Below, one piece after another: positions 27,901 through 32,000 of a DNA stretch of 32,000 nt. A model generated the notes under the pieces. That model searched no databases. It worked only from the letters and a program-made list of their open reading frames with translations, and was not told the DNA's origin. Each line of letters starts with the position of its first letter. Within the stretch, counting starts at the first letter, position 1. Position numbers and translations under genes: made by a program. Source of the stretch: an uncultured archaeon (lineage in GTDB: Archaea; Asgardarchaeota; Thorarchaeia; Thorarchaeales; CAZPUN01); assembly GCA_964589775.1 (NCBI GenBank), contig CAZPUN010000037.1, positions 14,057 through 46,056 of the forward strand. The letters are read 5' to 3'.

Positions 27901-28686
27901 ATGGATCTAATTCAAGATGGAGATTACGTACTTATTTATCTTGATGCGAAAAGAAATTGGATTAAAAAAATCGAATCAGGTAAAGAATTTCATACGAACA
28001 AAGGTGTAATTAAATTTGATGACATAATCGGAAAGCCATATGGTTCTTTATTAAAAAACCAAGCAAATGTAACATTTGGATTCTATAAACCAATAGGTTC
28101 AGACTGGGCATATCAATTGGGAAGGGCTACACAAATAATATACCCAAAAGATGCGGGAGCAATTATTATCAATGCAGGTATAAAATCAGGTTCAAGAGTT
28201 GTTGAATCGGGTACAGGTTCAGGTGCATTAACCCAAATTCTAGCACAAGTTGTTGGACCTACAGGACATGTATATACCTATGAAATTAAAGAATCAAATT
28301 ATAAAACAGCACAGAAAAATTTGCGTAAGGTTTTAGACGATTTAGAAAATATAACCATGAAATTAAAAGACATTTGTGAAGGTATTGATGAGGACAACCT
28401 AGATGCAATTATTTTAGATATGGCTACGCCGTGGGAAGTCGTACCGCATGCATGGGAAAAATTAAGAAATAGTGGTATTTTCGCAAGCTATTCACCAACA
28501 ATTGAACAAATAATGAAAACAGTAAAAGCACTGACAGAAGATAAAAAATTTGGAATGATCAAAACAATAGAAGTATTAGAAAGAGAAATTATGGTCCGTG
28601 AAGGAAAAACTAGACCAGTAACATGGATGGTCGCTCATACAGGATATATGGTATTTGCTCGAAAAAATCAAAATTCATCCATATGA
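27901..28686 (+). CDS. trmI: tRNA (adenine-57/58-N1)-methyltransferase (TrmI/GCD14)
   Basis: FHTNKG; R.TQIIYPKD; VVESGTGSGALT; VYTYE; ILDMATPW; YSPTIEQ; TRP...MVAHTGY. Confidence 0.95.
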   Translation: MDLIQDGDYVLIYLDAKRNWIKKIESGKEFHTNKGVIKFDDIIGKPYGSLLKNQANVTFGFYKPIGSDWAYQLGRATQIIYPKDAGAIIINAGIKSGSRVVESGTGSGALTQILAQVVGPTGHVYTYEIKESNYKTAQKNLRKVLDDLENITMKLKDICEGIDEDNLDAIILDMATPWEVVPHAWEKLRNSGIFASYSPTIEQIMKTVKALTEDKKFGMIKTIEVLEREIMVREGKTRPVTWMVAHTGYMVFARKNQNSSI

Positions 28687-29084
28687 TCTGAACCTTTCTT
28701 AATAGTTTTGAATTTAATAGAGCGACCATCCTGATACTTAATTAATAATCCTTTACGTACTAATTGATTTAACATTTCACTTGTTCTAGATCTACTTCGA
28801 CCCCAAATCTTAGCGACTTCTTCCGCTGTTACACCGGTTCCTGAAGTATCAGCCTTAGATACAATGTTTAACATTTCATTATACAGAAAATTTTGAAAAT
28901 TATATCGGGATACAGTCTGATTAATATTGAATGTACCAAATTTCGAAGCATCATTATTAAGTACTGCAGGTGAATTTATGTTTGTTTCTAATAGTTCTGT
29001 AAGCCTATCAATTCGAGCTGTAAGTGATTCAACAATACCTCTTAATAATTTTATTTCTTCTTTAATGGACTCTAATTCGTCCAA
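28668..29084 (-). CDS. Coiled-coil plus winged-helix DNA-binding protein
   Basis: N-terminal heptads (LESIKEEIKLLRGIVESLTARIDRL). C-terminal VTAEEVAKIWGRSRSRTSEMLNQLVRKGLL.K..DGR.IKF. TTG start with GGTGA RBS. Confidence 0.85.
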   Translation of the reverse strand: MDELESIKEEIKLLRGIVESLTARIDRLTELLETNINSPAVLNNDASKFGTFNINQTVSRYNFQNFLYNEMLNIVSKADTSGTGVTAEEVAKIWGRSRSRTSEMLNQLVRKGLLIKYQDGRSIKFKTIKKGSDHMDEF

Positions 29085-29093
29085 TTATCTCAC

Positions 29094-29534
29094 CTATAAA
29101 AATCTCTTTCGTGACTTTTTAATATGATAAATATTTGTTTTTTCACGTGTTTCGCGCATACATTCTTCAATTTTGACATGAACACGGCGCATGGTTACAT
29201 ATCCGGAAGTCATTTCAACAATTTCCCCACGCTGGACAACTACATTTACTGCATCTAACGACTGAGAGGGGTTTACACGTACAGAATGATCTGGATTGTG
29301 CGAAGCAACTTCAATAGAGTTACTATTGTCAATATCATTAATTTCATACAAGTCGTCATTATCAAATTTGTTTACTTCACCATTTTTTACAATTACATCT
29401 CTTGATGCTGTCACAATAAAATCTAAATCATACAAACTTGATAAAGTCAAGTAAATCGGATTTACATTTAGTCGTAATTCCTTAAGCCATTTCAAAAGAC
29501 GATCTTCACGTTGTTTATTATGTCGATATATCAT
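29094..29534 (-). CDS. Hypothetical protein, first gene of a two-gene operon with the wHTH protein
   Basis: ATG 29534 preceded by GGTGA. Its stop lies 9 bp before the wHTH start and overlaps that gene's RBS. Confidence 0.6.
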   Translation of the reverse strand: MIYRHNKQREDRLLKWLKELRLNVNPIYLTLSSLYDLDFIVTASRDVIVKNGEVNKFDNDDLYEINDIDNSNSIEVASHNPDHSVRVNPSQSLDAVNVVVQRGEIVEMTSGYVTMRRVHVKIEECMRETREKTNIYHIKKSRKRFL

Positions 29535-29546
29535 TTCAATCACCAA

Positions 29547-29568
29547 TTGTCGACGATTCCGTCGACAA
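29547..29568. promoter_or_regulatory. Perfect palindrome; candidate operator
   Basis: TTGTCGACG-ATTC-CGTCGACAA sits between a minus-strand TATA (TTTAAAT, ~29587-29595) and the RBS of the 29534 gene. Confidence 0.65.
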
Positions 29569-29741
29569 CAAAGTACACCTTAAAGAATTTAAACTTTTGG
29601 GTGTATTCTTAAAAATAGTATATAATTATTTTTAGAGGGTTTTATTAAAAAGTTTTTGTTAGAATATACGCACGAGCAAAGATTAATTAGATTGAAGATA
29701 CTAAATTATTTTTATATTTAGAAATATGTGAGGGATTAATA

Positions 29742-32000
29742 TTGAGCCAAGAACCATTATATACAGATATAATTCTTCAGTTAGAAGAAACGGCACAAAA
29801 AAGCATTCATGATTTCGCAACCCACGACGTTACAGACTTGCAGGGATTAGAAGAAAAAAGAAAAATAATGCATGAAAGCTTTTACAACATATATTCAAAA
29901 ATTTTGGACCTTGTAAAAATAGTTCGATCTGAAATCCAATTTGATATTGAGTATACAACAAAAAGATTTTCATACACAAAAAATGAACAGGAACAAGCTC
30001 AAATCAAGCAGGCCCTAGAAAAATTAAAGATGGAATATTCAAATAATTTAGCAGTGGAATGGCGCTTTAGAGTCTTTGCGTGGGCTCATAAACATGCAAC
30101 AAGCAAGGGAATATTTACAGAAGATATTAATGAAGATATAAAAAAGGAAAGTATCAGACTGTTTAGTGACCTATACGATATGCTAGATTTGCCATTCAAT
30201 ACTGTAGTTAGCAAGACCGATGGCGCACAAAAATTAAGACAAGTGGCAATTACATATAAAATAAAATCATTACTAGAAGCAAATGACGCAGCGGATGATA
30301 AAGAAATAAGTGATATCACAACAAAGAATTACATTTCAGAGGGAGAATTTTACGACGACTACCTAAATGAACTATTAGAAGATGAAAGTATATTACGTGG
30401 TGCATTTAATCCATACGACGATATAGTTTGGAAGGACATTCTTTCTATTTTTGCCTACGAAGAAGCTATGAAAAGATACGAAAATGCAATGGACTCCTTA
30501 AAGAATTCAGCCCAATTTGGAGATCGAGAACGATCATTAGTACGACAATGGAAAACAAATGTTGAGGGTCTAATTCACATATATAAAGCAGCTCTATATT
30601 CAGACATTGCAAATATACACATAGAAATAGGAAATTATTCTAATGCAGGTTTAATGTTCAAAAAGTCATCAGATGAGTTCAATCTTGCAAAGGAAGCCTT
30701 TTCTAAAGAATCCCAATTAAAAGAAAATGCGGCTCGTGCTCAAAAAGATTCAGAAGGCACATTCGCAGAAGGATTATTAGCAGAAGCCGTATCTTACGAG
30801 AAAGAATTCGAGCAAGCTATTGAAACAGGAAATAAAGATAAAGCAAATGAATTGATTGAAAAAATTCTGAAAAATTTGGATGACGCAGATAAGTTAAATA
30901 GCTCTCCAGAGATCTCTCGTGCAATAGATGAGGACAAACGTACATATAGTTTCATAATGGATATGCTCAAGAAATCAGATAATGATATTAAAAACATAAA
31001 GCAGCAATTAGATTTTGCAAGAGGGTTACGAAAAACTGGACTTGTACAAACAATAGAGTCACTAATAAAAGATACTGAATCAGATATGGAACGAAATCCT
31101 TCCGAAGCATTAAATTCAATTAAGAAGGCACTAAAGAATTTAGGATTGCTTGAAATCATGGCACCAGATGATGAAAAAACAAAAGTTTTGTCAAGCCATA
31201 TTCATGCACTATTAAATCACGTGAAGTACTTAATACAATATGAAATCTCATCGAAAGTGTCTTCACAGATCATTTTCGTAATATCTCGAATTATTGAATA
31301 TCTCACATTGAACGAATCTGCAAAATATTATAGAGAAATAAAAAACACAGAACAAGCAGAACGATTAGAAGATTTTGCGAATTTAGCTTTATCAACAGCA
31401 TATACGACAGAAGCAAACATATTTTTGAAAAATTCCGAACAGAACACTTTCAAAGCGCGACTAATAAGAGAAGAAACAATGGATGAATTAAAAGCAATAG
31501 AAAATGTAAATATTACTGAAGATAAATTCAAAACATCAATTAATAATGCTTCAGAAGCCCATGATGAAGTCATTGCAAGCGCAACTAAGAGTCTTAATGC
31601 CTTTAAGAAAACCGCAGAGCAACTTAAGAAAATAAAAACAAACAAAATAAAGGAACAAAATAAAACAGATATTCAACTACAACAACTAGAAATATTCATT
31701 TTGAAATTAGAGGCAGATATTAATAGATTTAATGCAGCAAAGCAGATCCTCATTGGAGAAATATATGCTAAGAAAGGAGATTATCTTAAGGCAGGGCGAT
31801 ATTTTTCAAAAGCTACAGATTACCTAAGAGCCGCATCGCAAATTTACGGCGAGTCCGCTACACAACTAAGTCGAATCGGCCAAACAAAAATTGCAGAATC
31901 AATAGCATCCAAGGCACAAAGTGCAGATCTATTATCAAGAATAACATGGGACAATAAACAAAAAGCACAACTTCAACAAAAAATAAGATTCTTTGGAGAT
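29742..32000 (+). CDS. Partial large alpha-helical solenoid protein (>=753 aa, TPR/SNAP-like repeats; runs off right edge)
   Basis: TTG at 29742 after GAGGG. Manually read frame is open to 32000 (MSQEPLYTDIILQLEE...KIRFFGD). Repeats DIANIHIEIGNYSNAGLMFKKS and IGEIYAKKGDYLKAGRYFSKA. Absent from the ORF track. Confidence 0.85.
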   Translation, partial: MSQEPLYTDIILQLEETAQKSIHDFATHDVTDLQGLEEKRKIMHESFYNIYSKILDLVKIVRSEIQFDIEYTTKRFSYTKNEQEQAQIKQALEKLKMEYSNNLAVEWRFRVFAWAHKHATSKGIFTEDINEDIKKESIRLFSDLYDMLDLPFNTVVSKTDGAQKLRQVAITYKIKSLLEANDAADDKEISDITTKNYISEGEFYDDYLNELLEDESILRGAFNPYDDIVWKDILSIFAYEEAMKRYENAMDSLKNSAQFGDRERSLVRQWKTNVEGLIHIYKAALYSDIANIHIEIGNYSNAGLMFKKSSDEFNLAKEAFSKESQLKENAARAQKDSEGTFAEGLLAEAVSYEKEFEQAIETGNKDKANELIEKILKNLDDADKLNSSPEISRAIDEDKRTYSFIMDMLKKSDNDIKNIKQQLDFARGLRKTGLVQTIESLIKDTESDMERNPSEALNSIKKALKNLGLLEIMAPDDEKTKVLSSHIHALLNHVKYLIQYEISSKVSSQIIFVISRIIEYLTLNESAKYYREIKNTEQAERLEDFANLALSTAYTTEANIFLKNSEQNTFKARLIREETMDELKAIENVNITEDKFKTSINNASEAHDEVIASATKSLNAFKKTAEQLKKIKTNKIKEQNKTDIQLQQLEIFILKLEADINRFNAAKQILIGEIYAKKGDYLKAGRYFSKATDYLRAASQIYGESATQLSRIGQTKIAESIASKAQSADLLSRITWDNKQKAQLQQKIRFFGD

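Noticed and set aside
29570-29740. AT-rich intergenic stretch as a replication origin
   Set aside because: No ORB-like repeats and no cdc6/orc1 nearby. It is explained as divergent promoters.
30086-31645. Three minus-strand ORFs (77, 121 and 105 aa)
   Set aside because: S/F/L-rich antisense products of the long plus-strand frame 29742-32000.
1-32000. CRISPR arrays, tRNA/rRNA genes, transposases or integrases
   Set aside because: No repeat-spacer periodicity, cloverleaf or recombinase motifs were seen. Intergenic gaps are short and accounted for.

Overview
Low-GC archaeal chromosomal window. GGTGA/GGAGG ribosome-binding sites, TATA-type promoters, oligo-T terminators, a group II chaperonin, TrmI and a methanogen-type SerRS are all present. 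An Asgard/TACK-like anaerobe is my inference, not something the sequence proves. The centrepiece is a tightly coupled ~10.3 kb minus-strand operon: hdrC-hdrB-hdrA-hdrA'(1004 aa, degenerate tandem)-mvhD-fdhB/frhB-like-sdhB-like-sdhA-like. It has no hydrogenase, no formate dehydrogenase catalytic subunit and no membrane anchor, and so is a candidate soluble heterodisulfide-reductase-coupled fumarate reductase/succinate dehydrogenase, possibly electron-bifurcating. Housekeeping genes around it are a nucleotide-sugar dehydrogenase, serS, trxB, thermosome, an aminotransferase, pyrF, a NUDIX hydrolase and trmI. Also present are an intact HerA-like ATPase, an apparently dead HerA-like pseudo-ATPase, a secreted membrane-anchored prenyltransferase-repeat protein with a structured leader, a two-gene wHTH operon with a perfect palindromic operator, and two helical-repeat ORFs cut by the window edges and absent from the ORF track. 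I saw no tRNA, rRNA, CRISPR array or mobile element.
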